Of a stretch of 56,792 nucleotides of DNA, positions 27,460-36,832 are shown piece after piece. Position numbers and translations under genes: made by a program. Position 1 is the first letter of the stretch. Each line of letters opens with the position of its first letter. Source of the DNA: [Phormidium] sp. ETS-05. GTDB lineage: Bacteria; Cyanobacteriota; Cyanobacteriia; Cyanobacteriales; Laspinemataceae. The DNA is taken from NCBI RefSeq assembly GCF_016446395.1, contig NZ_CP051168.1:3564787-3621578 (forward strand), in the 5' to 3' direction. The notes beneath the pieces were generated by a model that was given only the letters and a program-made list of their open reading frames with translations, was not told where the DNA came from and did no database searches.

Positions 27460-28332
27460 TTATGGCTGGGTGGTGATGCCGTAAAGCTGGCAGATTTGCA
27501 CTAGCTGCTGTTGGAGCCGATCGCGCAGGTTCTGCGGGGATATTACCAGACATTGCTGGGCTTGGGGCATCACTTCCCGGATAAACCAGTAGGTGTTAGA
27601 GATTTTCTTGACTACTCGCAAGACTTGCCCGGAGTCTGGCAACCATTCGGTGAACTCATCTTCTGATTTTATTCGCGCCGCATAGGCAAAAGCTAGGCGA
27701 TCGAATAAGTGCATTTCCACCCGCAGCGAATCCATATGGGACCGCCAAGGTCGCTGGATGGGGGCGACGCCTGCGGTGACGATGCGATCGAGCCGCAAAC
27801 TCCAGTTATGGATTAATTCGGGCAAATCCAGATTGCCTTCGGTTTCTTCGCACCAACAATCGAGATATTGTCCTCCTTCGTGGAGGTTAATTTGGGCATG
27901 GCGGACCGTGAAGGTCCAGGGGCGACCGGTGGCGTCTTGATAGAAGAGGCGAAACGGCTGCTGGCGGCGGATGTAGCCATCAATTTCCTCCCGCCAGGGG
28001 GGCGGGGGATTTCCCACGAAGCGTTCCATTTCTTGGCGCATGGGCCATGAGGTTTCGTGGCGTTCTAGGAGCAGCTTGGCTACTACCTGGGCCTCGGCGA
28101 GCTTCCCCAGGTCCGTGAGTGCGCGGACACATTGGGCGAGAACGTCGAGGCGACTGGTGGGCCAGTCGTTATTGGGGGCGAGGGATAGCTGCTTCCGGGC
28201 AATGGCTTGCACCAGTTTGGAAATGTTGGGTCGATCGCCCCAAGTCATCCCCAATTCCAGGGCAATCGCTTCTAGCTGCTCCTTGTCTGACTGTGATAGA
28301 GATAGCGTTACTGTCTGACCCTTGCGACTCAT
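27460..28332 (-). CDS. WYL-domain transcriptional regulator, divergent from cas3' (CRISPR-associated regulator)
   Basis: N-terminal DNA-binding-like region. The C-terminus has the WYL-domain signature ...GQYLDCWCEETEGNLDLPELIHNWSLRLDRIV (the RLDRI motif). Its position mirrors WYL regulators found upstream of type I-D operons. Confidence 0.6.
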   Translation of the reverse strand: MSRKGQTVTLSLSQSDKEQLEAIALELGMTWGDRPNISKLVQAIARKQLSLAPNNDWPTSRLDVLAQCVRALTDLGKLAEAQVVAKLLLERHETSWPMRQEMERFVGNPPPPWREEIDGYIRRQQPFRLFYQDATGRPWTFTVRHAQINLHEGGQYLDCWCEETEGNLDLPELIHNWSLRLDRIVTAGVAPIQRPWRSHMDSLRVEMHLFDRLAFAYAARIKSEDEFTEWLPDSGQVLRVVKKISNTYWFIREVMPQAQQCLVISPQNLRDRLQQQLVQICQLYGITTQP

Positions 28333-28454
28333 AATGGCCCCTTAAATTTGTACGGATACTTTTTTTGGCGATAATTAGCGCAAATTCCTTGTATATTTCT
28401 ATATTCCATGCCATAATGGGGTAAATCAAGGTAACACGGACACTACTTGAACTG

Positions 28455-30635
28455 ATGGGAGATTACTACTGCACCCTCAAGCCAGTTTATTCCTGCCCCG
28501 CCACTAAGTTGCCCGCAGGAGTCAAACTGCCTCCTGGCTGGACTTTAGCTTGGCACCAGGCAGCCACCTTAGAGGCAGTGCGCGACCCGAATATCGATGT
28601 AATTATCAATATAGCCCTGACGGGGGATGGTAAAAGTCTATCCGCTTATCTGGACAGTATGCAAGGACACAGCTACGCGCTGGGACTTTATCCCACCAAC
28701 GAGCTGGCGCGGGACCAGGAGGGGCAGGTGAGAAGATATATCGAGGAATTCCAGCCACCTGGAGAACCGCGAGTGTCCCGGTTGAGCGGCCCGGAATTAG
28801 AAATTTATGCGGAAAATGAGGGATTAAGGAAAGCAGCAGCATTGGATTCTAGGTCTTCAAATTCAGAAATTTTATTGACCAATCCCGATATTTTCCACTA
28901 CCTCCATCGTGGGGCTTACTTAACTCTTAATGATACCCCAGATAAGCTGTGGAACCGAATTGATAAGGATTTTAACCTGTTCATTTTTGATGAATTTCAC
29001 ACGGCGAGTGCGCCGCAAATTGCCGGTATAATCAACACCATGCTGCTGATTCGCTGTACTAATCGCCAGAAAAAATTTCTGCTGATGTCAGCGACGCCAA
29101 ATGACCGATTAATCGAGCGATTGCAAGCGGCGGGGTTTCGGTGTCGGATAATTAATCCCCTACAGGAGAGAAAATATCAGTTTCCTGATTCTGCGGGGCG
29201 GGAAAATGAGTTAAAATTGCAGAATTGGCGGCAAGTATCGCGGCAAATTTCTCTCGAGTTTATTTCTTTAGAACCGACGGCAAAGGCTACGGAAACTTGG
29301 GTGAAAGAAAATGGCAATCTGATTTTGCGTCATTTTCAGGAATATCCGGGGAGCAAAGGGGCAATTATCCTTAATTCTATTGCGGCGGTGAAGCGGTTAG
29401 TGCCGAGGTTGCGAGATTTGCTGTCACCCCACGGTTTGGTAGTGGGGGAGAATACGGGTTTATCGGGGAAGGGGGAGAAGGAGCGATCGCTCGCCGCTGA
29501 CCTCGTAATTGGCACCAGCACTATTGACGTGGGGGTAGATTTCAAAATTAATTTTCTCATATTTGAATCCGCCGATGGGGGTAACTTTATTCAGCGGTTG
29601 GGAAGGTTGGGACGACATGACGGCTACGAACGCAATGGGGAGAAAATTGCCTTTACCAATTTCACCGCTTATGCTTTAGTCCCTAATTTTTTATTGGAGC
29701 GGCTGTTTTTGGGGAATCATCCGCCCCTGCAGTCTGGGGGAATGTACGATCGGCCCTACTTCCACCAGCAAATCAGCGACAAATATCGCCAAATCAACGA
29801 CTTTGAGGGATATTACTCCCGCTGGGGGTTGGTGCAATCATGCTTGCTGGATTCCCAGCTCAAGCATATCACAATTAAAAAGGGCTACGCCAGCAGTCGG
29901 GAGGAATTTAGCACTACTTGCCAGCGGGTATTTAAGAAAAGTTTGGGTAAAGCATATGGACAGATAAAACAATGGAATCAGGAGTGGCAAGAGCTATCCG
30001 GTCAAAAAAGCACTTCTCCGATTGTTGAAGATGCTGCCAGTTTCCGGGGAACCAGTCCGCTCCAGTGTGGTTTATACGATTTGACTGAGGCAGCGGCGAC
30101 AGACCGGTTTAAAACCTATGATTTATCGGGAATTTTGAGCAATCTGGAAATTGAACCGATAACTAAAGTGGAGTTTATGCGCCTGCTAGAGGAGACGGAA
30201 AAAACCACGGGACAACCTATTGCTAAAGGTCGATTTAATGGCTGTCTCGCTTTTATGAAATTGCGCGCTTATCGAGAGGAGCGGTTCAACTGGCAATTTA
30301 CTTATGCAGGTGATTTGCGGCCATTAGCTAGTGCTTGGAGGGTGCAAGTGTTGACGGGGATTCAGGTTTGGCAACCGGAGAATTACTGGATTAATGAAAT
30401 TAATCAGCTCTTGAAAAAGCAAGGGTTAGTGAGCTACGTGGTCCGCCATCCGGTGGGGGAGGTACGATCGCGCCTCCGCCTCCCCATGCACTTTCAGATT
30501 TACCCCATGAGCGATCGAGCCAGTTTGCACGACCGCACGGCCCCCTACTCCGTAGCCTTCGGTCAGTCGGCCCTATTACTGGACACCCTGACCCACTGGC
30601 TCAAAAGCATAGGGGGCGATATATGGATTTCCTAG
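28455..30635 (+). CDS. cas3': Cas3' superfamily-2 helicase (type I-D; no HD domain)
   Basis: Walker A ALTGDGKS. DExH box LFIFDEFH. Helicase C-terminal motifs. No HD motif, which sits instead in the downstream large subunit, as expected for type I-D. Confidence 0.75.
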   Translation: MGDYYCTLKPVYSCPATKLPAGVKLPPGWTLAWHQAATLEAVRDPNIDVIINIALTGDGKSLSAYLDSMQGHSYALGLYPTNELARDQEGQVRRYIEEFQPPGEPRVSRLSGPELEIYAENEGLRKAAALDSRSSNSEILLTNPDIFHYLHRGAYLTLNDTPDKLWNRIDKDFNLFIFDEFHTASAPQIAGIINTMLLIRCTNRQKKFLLMSATPNDRLIERLQAAGFRCRIINPLQERKYQFPDSAGRENELKLQNWRQVSRQISLEFISLEPTAKATETWVKENGNLILRHFQEYPGSKGAIILNSIAAVKRLVPRLRDLLSPHGLVVGENTGLSGKGEKERSLAADLVIGTSTIDVGVDFKINFLIFESADGGNFIQRLGRLGRHDGYERNGEKIAFTNFTAYALVPNFLLERLFLGNHPPLQSGGMYDRPYFHQQISDKYRQINDFEGYYSRWGLVQSCLLDSQLKHITIKKGYASSREEFSTTCQRVFKKSLGKAYGQIKQWNQEWQELSGQKSTSPIVEDAASFRGTSPLQCGLYDLTEAAATDRFKTYDLSGILSNLEIEPITKVEFMRLLEETEKTTGQPIAKGRFNGCLAFMKLRAYREERFNWQFTYAGDLRPLASAWRVQVLTGIQVWQPENYWINEINQLLKKQGLVSYVVRHPVGEVRSRLRLPMHFQIYPMSDRASLHDRTAPYSVAFGQSALLLDTLTHWLKSIGGDIWIS

Positions 30636-30637
30636 AA

Positions 30638-30748
30638 AGTCAATCCCTGAAAGGGATTCAACACACTGGTTATCAGTGGGAGGGCATTAGCCCGCAAGAG
30701 CGATGTACGAAATTTCAATCCCTGAAAGGGGTTCGAGTAATTTTTGCC
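30638..30748 (-). repeat. Degenerate two-repeat CRISPR mini-array in antisense orientation inside the cas operon
   Basis: 30712-30747 tttcaatccctgaaaggggttcgagtaatttttg matches the reverse complement of the array repeat at about 30 of 36 positions. 30638-30664 keeps the core caatccctgaaagggattc (19 of 19). The 74-bp spacing equals one repeat-spacer period. Confidence 0.6.
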
Positions 30749-30789
30749 CTCCTCCTCAATCATACAGCAAAAAGTCCCAAAAATTTACT

Positions 30790-30826
30790 TGTCTTCATAC
30801 ATTGTTCTTTAGTGCTGTGTATAATG
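30790..30826 (+). promoter_or_regulatory. Putative extended -10 promoter (TGTGTATAAT) upstream of the small ORF and the toxin-antitoxin pair
   Basis: gtgctgtgtataatgg at 30813-30826. Lies inside the cas operon, downstream of cas3'. Confidence 0.4.
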
Positions 30827-30957
30827 GAGGTGGTGGCGTCAGCCCGCAAGAACAAAGGCCGAAATTCGTTGGAACTGGCTAAGTGCCCTTCTGACGCTTT
30901 CATACCTTACTAAGCCAGGAGCGACCACCATAACCATCCCGGTGGAGGTTCCCATCA

Positions 30958-31146
30958 ATGATTGCATATCAGCAACTAGAACTTTTTGATACTCGCCCTT
31001 ACACATCGGAGCAGCCTATTGCGATCGATAAGGAGGAAGAGCCAGTTACAGTGACTCCCCAAATGGAGCATAAACAGCTAGAACTCAATTTGTTTCCACA
31101 AAAGTCTCATAATACTCCCCTGGAGTGGTTGAGCTTAGCTGCCTAA
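30958..31146 (+). CDS. Small hypothetical protein (62 aa) with a strong SD (GGAGG, 9 nt spacer)
   Basis: MIAYQQLELFDTRPY... No known motif. Well-placed ribosome-binding site. Confidence 0.4.
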   Translation: MIAYQQLELFDTRPYTSEQPIAIDKEEEPVTVTPQMEHKQLELNLFPQKSHNTPLEWLSLAA

Positions 31147-31246
31147 TTTTCCAAGGGGGCTACGACTAAATTAAAATCAAAAGCCCCCTGGCTTCTCAAC
31201 ACTGTATATATGCAGTTTTTCATCTTGGTGAGTTCCAGAGTTTTCC

Positions 31247-31702
31247 ATGAATACAGGCGCAGAAAAATCAACAGATATCACTAATCTTGCCGTCCAACTG
31301 CCAGAAAAATTTCAACACCTAAAAATGCTGGTGCTGTTTGGTTCCAGAGCCAGAGGTGATTTTCGTCCAAACAGTGATTGGGACTTTGCCGCTGTCTATG
31401 ATGAAGCGATTTATCAAAATTTGACAGAAAATCCGTTTGCCGTGTTTGAAATTTCGGGAATTATCAGTAATTTGTTAAATATTCCCGAATCTAAAATAGA
31501 TGTGATAGACTTAGGTAGATGTTCCGCGCTTTTGGCTCACTACGTCGCTCGTGACGGTAAAGTTTTGTATGAACAAGAACCGGGGCAGTTTGAGCAATTC
31601 CGCCGTCAGGCCCTCAAGAGTCACGCTGAAATGAAAGCAACTTACCAAAGCCTGCGCGCCAAACTTGATGAGAGGTTGCAAAATTGGGGTTATGACGATT
31701 GA
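31247..31702 (+). CDS. Nucleotidyltransferase-domain protein (MntA-like antitoxin of a HEPN/MNT pair)
   Basis: LVLFGSRARGDFRPNSDWDFAAVYD is a minimal NTase fold (GS...D.D). The 3' end overlaps the next ORF by 11 nt. Confidence 0.6.
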   Translation: MNTGAEKSTDITNLAVQLPEKFQHLKMLVLFGSRARGDFRPNSDWDFAAVYDEAIYQNLTENPFAVFEISGIISNLLNIPESKIDVIDLGRCSALLAHYVARDGKVLYEQEPGQFEQFRRQALKSHAEMKATYQSLRAKLDERLQNWGYDD

Positions 31703-32132
31703 AAAATATATAGTTATAGCAAAAATAGATTTGATGGGCAAGTATTTGGAACGATTGCAGCGGTTTGAATCTGTGACCTTAGAACAATACCTCAATGATG
31801 GGGATATGCAGTTGGTCGTAGAAAGACTATTACAGCTAATCATTCAAATGGCGATCGACCTGAATCGGTACTTTTTGAAAGAATTAGGGATTGACCAACC
31901 AGAAACCAACGCTGAAGCATTCCACGCCGTCAGCCAATGTGGCATTATTCCCGATAATTTAGCCAAAAACATCGCTGGTTCGGTCAGCTTGCAAAATCGT
32001 TTGGTTCACGGCTATGATACAATCGATAGTGTTATCGTGCATGGTAGCATCAAGAAAGTATTGCAGTATTTTCCCATGTATCAAAAACAAGTCGGCAATT
32101 ATTTGGATTCTTTGGAGGACAAAAATGGCTAG
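31692..32132 (+). CDS. HepT-like HEPN-domain protein (DUF86-type toxin)
   Basis: The C-terminal NRLVHGYD fits the R-x2-H-x-Y part of the HEPN Rx4-6H motif. Size and tight coupling to the upstream NTase are typical of HepT/MntA modules. Confidence 0.5.
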   Translation: MTIEKYIVIAKIDLMGKYLERLQRFESVTLEQYLNDGDMQLVVERLLQLIIQMAIDLNRYFLKELGIDQPETNAEAFHAVSQCGIIPDNLAKNIAGSVSLQNRLVHGYDTIDSVIVHGSIKKVLQYFPMYQKQVGNYLDSLEDKNG

Positions 32133-35100
32133 AAAACGCAAGCAGCAAGATGAAGACAAGGAGCAGCAACTATCTTTATTTGATATTTTGCCCACGGCTC
32201 CCATATCTGAGCCGTCACATGATGATGATTCAGAGTTAGATGATAATGGGGATGATAGTGATTATGATGATGTGGAGCTTAGCTTTGACCCATCAGACCG
32301 AACCATAGAGCCAAAAGCGCCGGAGTTGCTGACGCTGAAACTGCTGCGAAAAGCTATTCTCGCGCAAAATCCCGATGATGCAGTGATGGAAGATTTCGCC
32401 GAATATGTGTTACCAAACCTGCTGCGAGTTGCCATCGCCGTCACCGCCAAAGGGGGTAAGTTTTTTGATAAACTTGATGCCCAGCGGCTGGCTGCAGGAA
32501 AGCCAAAACCTCGGCGTGATAATGCGGCTGACCAGTCGCTAAATAGTCATTTACTCAATGGCATATTTCCGGCGAATTTAATTGAGCAACGCCTGGAAAA
32601 GCTCGATACTACAGTGCGGCGATGCGTCAGGGAGCGGGAGCGCCGGTTACTAATTGCTGGGTTTATTCTCCACGACTTTGAGAAGTTTAATTATGACATA
32701 TTGCCCCAAATGCCCCAGAAATATCGGGACATTAGCAATAGCCAAAATCAGAAGATTCGGGACTTATCTGTGGCGGAACATCGGGAGATTGTGCAGGTCA
32801 TCGCTGATGAATTGCATCTGGGGCAGTTGATAGACCCGGAAAACCCAGAAGCATATCAGGAATATTTGGATGATTTGCTCGTTTTGGCGTATAATGCCCA
32901 GGTGCGGGAGGATACGAATTGGAATTTTTCGGTAGCGCACGGACTGCAGCCGGTATTGGACGATCGCACCCTCCGCTGTCTCGCTGCACTCACTTGCTTG
33001 GCAGATTCCTTTGCCTCAATTATCAAACACCCTCAAGATGCTGAACATAGGCGGTTTCAAGAACTATTACACAGTCTTAGTGATGGCCAACTAAAGCTAA
33101 GCTATCACGGCTTGACCGAAAATCGGGGAGTGTTGACAAACGCCGTGAATAACTCCCTCATCGAGGCTCACACCGCACTCAATACAAAAAACTGCACCTA
33201 CTATGAACCCCTGTTGTATTTGCCAACTGGTGTCATCTACTTGGCGCATAGAAATGCGCCACCAGTGCGGCTGGAAGACTGCCCCGAAAAAGTTGTCAGC
33301 CAGATTAAAAAACTCTGCGCCGGTCAGTTACGCGACAGACAAACCGGTTTTGGCCGCGATGGCAAAGGCATGAAATATGCCGAATATTATAACCTATTTT
33401 TTGACGATGTGGAGTTGATGCAAGTAGCTCTTAATGCCACCATGCGGATTTTGCCTAAAGGCAAATCTTCCGTAGCCCAAGACCGCAGCGACAATCTGAT
33501 AAAATTTCAGAAACAGGGGGTCTTACCCGCCGATTGGGATTTCCAGTTTGCCAACGATATCCGCATCGACCAACTGGCAGAATTTGGCGACCTAGTGAGC
33601 CGGAAAATTTGGGGCGATCGGGTCAGCAAAATTGAAAATTTCCGCAAACAAGACAAAAAAAATAAAAACCTGCCCCCAGTTCCCCCCTTGCAGATTATCG
33701 AAGAAGTTGCTAAACTATGGCAACTGTCGGATTATCTGCCCCAAATTCGGGAAATCCAGCGGCTGAATGAAAGGCTGAAGGAAAATAAGCTCAAAGGTAA
33801 CACTGGCGGCATACCCTACGAATGGTATTATTTAGCTGCCAAGTATCTAGAACGGCACCCAGGAGTTGAGGAGGTGCGGGAGATTTGCCAGCAAGCAATA
33901 GCACATATTGCCCAACTGATTCGACCCATCACCGCTCAGTATCAACTCCCCGATGGTTGGGAAGACTTGTGCCTATGGGTGCAGCGAGTTATCATACTCC
34001 CCAGCCAGCCAGAGTCCAACGCATCATTAGCAGTATTTGCCGATGAATTCCAGCGCTACATGATGGCGAAAAAATCTGGGCGAGGCAGGCAGTTAATCTG
34101 CTCAATTTCTCATTCCGCTTACACGGTGACAGAGCAAATGGAGTCAGCGGTTTTGTTTACCCCCCAGGTTTATACTAACAAACAAATGCTGGGAGGTTCT
34201 AACGCCAAGCGCAATATCTCCAGTATTGCCGGTATCGAGATGATGCTACGGCAAATCTTGATGAACCAAACCCAGGCGGTGGGCAAGAATTTTGAGGATG
34301 GCAAGTATCGTTATCTGTATTTCTATCCTACTTATTACTTCACCCCAGAAACTAACAAGTTTTTGCATCAAGCCTACACCGATATCGCCCAAACTCGTTT
34401 TACGCCTACTCTGCGCAATCACTTTATTAGCTCGGATTTGCAGGCAGATTTTACCAAAACCCGCTACCAAACTGTTGATAGTTTTTTGCTGGATGAAGCT
34501 ATTAAACCAGAAAAAGACCGCACATTTAAACTGTCTTATCCAGAAGACTTGCCCGTAACGTTTTACTTTATGGCACTGCCCACGCCGAAAAAAAGTAAAG
34601 ACCACAAACCCACGGATACGGAATCTTGGATTATGCCAGCTTGGTTGGCGTTTGCTTTCCCCATCATTATCGATGTGAAAACTGCGGTGTCTGAGTCTCC
34701 CATTCCGCCTTTTACTGATGGGGCGGAGTTTGAGGAAAGCGTATTTCTGGACAGTCCACCCCCAGCATTCCGGGTTTTGACCCAGCGCGATCGCTTCCGC
34801 ATTGACTACATCCTAGAAGGTTGGCAAGAAAACGGCAAGGAATATCCCTCACCTTTGAATGTCCTCACCGCCGCTTATGCCATTCATCTCGACGTGAATG
34901 CTCGCCAAGGCAAAAAAGGTTATGATGCCAACTGGGGTAAATTTGCCGAGTTAGCCACGGATTTTGAAACCAGCCCCCTCTCCGTATTTACTTATCTCAG
35001 TAAGTGGGGACGCCGCCAAGAAGCTGAAACCGCCAGCATTAAGAAAATTAAGCTCTATGCTTATCAATTTTACCCCTGTTTTGACCCCTACGTTCAATTT

Positions 35101-35631
35101 AAACCAGAATCGGAGGAATTAATTGTGGACGAAAAATCGCCATTACACCACCCCAAGCGATTGACCGAACTCTATCGCCAATTTTACCGAGCCAACAAGT
35201 TGTATAATCCTAAAGCTAACGCCGTGCTAAAACCCATTGATATTGCTGCCGATGTAATTCTCAAAGTTGACCCCTGTTTTTCGGGCGAAGCTCTCCCCGA
35301 TATGGTCGCTGCGGAAATCTGTAAACTGATGGATCGGGTTCACAGTTCCACCGCCGAAGGGCGTTGGGTATTTAAACGCGATGAACGAGAGCAAGAACGG
35401 GAAAAAATCGCCGAATTCGCTGCCTACTTTGTCCACGAGGTATTTGAGAATTCTTTTGGGGGCGATCGCGCCCGTTTAGCCGGACGACAACTAAACTACC
35501 TCCGCGACACCTGCGAATACCTGTATCGCTTAGAAAACGACAAAGAAATCCGCGCCAAAAAAGAACAATCCCCAGATAATGCGGAGGATAATTTTGACAA
35601 CGAAGAGGAAACAGAAGATGAAACACCATAA
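32125..35631 (+). CDS. cas10d: Cas10d large subunit (type I-D) with an N-terminal HD nuclease motif
   Basis: 1168 aa from the ATG at 32125 (GGAGGA SD), which overlaps the hepT stop. HD motif LIAGFILHDFEKF. Size and its position before csc2/csc1/cas6d are diagnostic of I-D. Confidence 0.7.
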   Translation: MARKRKQQDEDKEQQLSLFDILPTAPISEPSHDDDSELDDNGDDSDYDDVELSFDPSDRTIEPKAPELLTLKLLRKAILAQNPDDAVMEDFAEYVLPNLLRVAIAVTAKGGKFFDKLDAQRLAAGKPKPRRDNAADQSLNSHLLNGIFPANLIEQRLEKLDTTVRRCVRERERRLLIAGFILHDFEKFNYDILPQMPQKYRDISNSQNQKIRDLSVAEHREIVQVIADELHLGQLIDPENPEAYQEYLDDLLVLAYNAQVREDTNWNFSVAHGLQPVLDDRTLRCLAALTCLADSFASIIKHPQDAEHRRFQELLHSLSDGQLKLSYHGLTENRGVLTNAVNNSLIEAHTALNTKNCTYYEPLLYLPTGVIYLAHRNAPPVRLEDCPEKVVSQIKKLCAGQLRDRQTGFGRDGKGMKYAEYYNLFFDDVELMQVALNATMRILPKGKSSVAQDRSDNLIKFQKQGVLPADWDFQFANDIRIDQLAEFGDLVSRKIWGDRVSKIENFRKQDKKNKNLPPVPPLQIIEEVAKLWQLSDYLPQIREIQRLNERLKENKLKGNTGGIPYEWYYLAAKYLERHPGVEEVREICQQAIAHIAQLIRPITAQYQLPDGWEDLCLWVQRVIILPSQPESNASLAVFADEFQRYMMAKKSGRGRQLICSISHSAYTVTEQMESAVLFTPQVYTNKQMLGGSNAKRNISSIAGIEMMLRQILMNQTQAVGKNFEDGKYRYLYFYPTYYFTPETNKFLHQAYTDIAQTRFTPTLRNHFISSDLQADFTKTRYQTVDSFLLDEAIKPEKDRTFKLSYPEDLPVTFYFMALPTPKKSKDHKPTDTESWIMPAWLAFAFPIIIDVKTAVSESPIPPFTDGAEFEESVFLDSPPPAFRVLTQRDRFRIDYILEGWQENGKEYPSPLNVLTAAYAIHLDVNARQGKKGYDANWGKFAELATDFETSPLSVFTYLSKWGRRQEAETASIKKIKLYAYQFYPCFDPYVQFKPESEELIVDEKSPLHHPKRLTELYRQFYRANKLYNPKANAVLKPIDIAADVILKVDPCFSGEALPDMVAAEICKLMDRVHSSTAEGRWVFKRDEREQEREKIAEFAAYFVHEVFENSFGGDRARLAGRQLNYLRDTCEYLYRLENDKEIRAKKEQSPDNAEDNFDNEEETEDETP

Positions 35632-35637
35632 ATTGTA

Positions 35638-35800
35638 GAGATTGTAGGGTGGGCATTGCCCACACCGAGAGTTCAAACATCCTGAATCCAAATTATCTGG
35701 TGGGCAATGCCCACCCTACGATAAACTGCTGGGCAATGCCCACCCTACTTTAAACCAGACACAGACCAATTTGGACAAGGCAATGCCCTGTCCCTACAAA
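35638..35800. repeat. Three to four copies of the palindromic element GTAGGGTGGGCAwTGCCCACCCTAC
   Basis: 35642-35663, 35698-35722, 35730-35750 and a degenerate copy at 35775-35797. The same family occurs at 39117-39146, 55486-55515 and a degenerate copy at 1877-1930. Confidence 0.75.
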
Positions 35801-35818
35801 CCTTAAAGGAGACTAATC

Positions 35819-36832
35819 ATGGCTTTTTTAACCACCGTCGATGCCAAATATTTTCACACAGAAATCCCCTACAAACCGATGGGTAAATACGCCCACTTTC
35901 TCACCGTGCGCGTCACCGAATCTTATCCCCTATTTCAAACTGACGGCGAACTAAATAAAGCACGAGTCCGCGCCGGAATCCAAGACCCCACACCTATCAG
36001 CCGCCTTACCATGTTCAAGCGCAAACAGTCCACCCCAGAGCGGTTAGTAGGGCGGGAACTGCTGCGCAACTACGAACTAATGACCGCAGAAGAATGCGAA
36101 TATAACGTAAAATTCGCAATGGATAACCCCGACTGCATTATTTACGGCTTCGCTATTGGTGAATCCGGCTCAGAAAAATCCAAAGTGGTAGTAGATACCG
36201 CCTTCTCCATCACTCCTTTTGACGCCGCTCACGAAACTTTCACCCTCAACGCCCCCTATGAAAATGGCACAATGGCATCAAAGGGAGAAGGAGATAAAAA
36301 ACTGGGCGAAATCACCAGCCGCATCAACCAGCAAGACCACATCAAGCCACAAGTATTTTTCCCCAGCATCGTCACCCTGAAAGACCCCACCGAAGCAGGA
36401 TTTTTATACGTTTTCAATAACATCTTGCGCACCCGCCACTACGGCGCCCAAACCACCCGCACCGGGCGGGTTCGTAACGAATTAATTGGCGTCGTATTTG
36501 CCGACGGAGAAATTACCAGCAATCTCCGCTGGTCTCAGGCAATTTACGACGACATAAAAGCCAAAAACCTGCTGGGTTCTTTAGACCCCCTCAATGAAGA
36601 TGACGTTATCCAATCAGCCCAAAACACGATCGTAGCCCTCATGGCGGAAGAATTTATCGTTCACAGTGATTTTGTCGGCGACACCTTTGCCCCTTTGCTT
36701 CAAGAAGTGAAAGCTCTCACCAAAAGCGAAGCGGGAATCCGGGCGATTTTGCAGCAAGCCGATGCGGAAGCCAAAGCCTATGCTAAAAAGCACATCAAAC
36801 CGAAAAAAGCAGCCACAGCAGGGGAAAAATAA
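35819..36832 (+). CDS. csc2: Cas7d (Csc2) backbone subunit
   Basis: 337 aa, the typical Csc2 size. Position between cas10d and csc1. N-terminus MAFLTTVDAKYFH... is characteristic of the family. Confidence 0.65.
   Translation: MAFLTTVDAKYFHTEIPYKPMGKYAHFLTVRVTESYPLFQTDGELNKARVRAGIQDPTPISRLTMFKRKQSTPERLVGRELLRNYELMTAEECEYNVKFAMDNPDCIIYGFAIGESGSEKSKVVVDTAFSITPFDAAHETFTLNAPYENGTMASKGEGDKKLGEITSRINQQDHIKPQVFFPSIVTLKDPTEAGFLYVFNNILRTRHYGAQTTRTGRVRNELIGVVFADGEITSNLRWSQAIYDDIKAKNLLGSLDPLNEDDVIQSAQNTIVALMAEEFIVHSDFVGDTFAPLLQEVKALTKSEAGIRAILQQADAEAKAYAKKHIKPKKAATAGEK

Noticed and set aside
28455-30635. Cas3 with a fused HD domain (type I-A/B/C/E-like), or a type III system given the repeat style
   Set aside because: No HD motif in the helicase. 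The HD is at the N-terminus of the downstream 1168-aa large subunit. No cas10/csm/cmr genes are present. csc1/csc2 order fits I-D.
30623-30913. 96-aa ORF immediately after cas3'
   Set aside because: It spans the degenerate antisense repeats and has no SD. Interpreted as a non-coding remnant instead.
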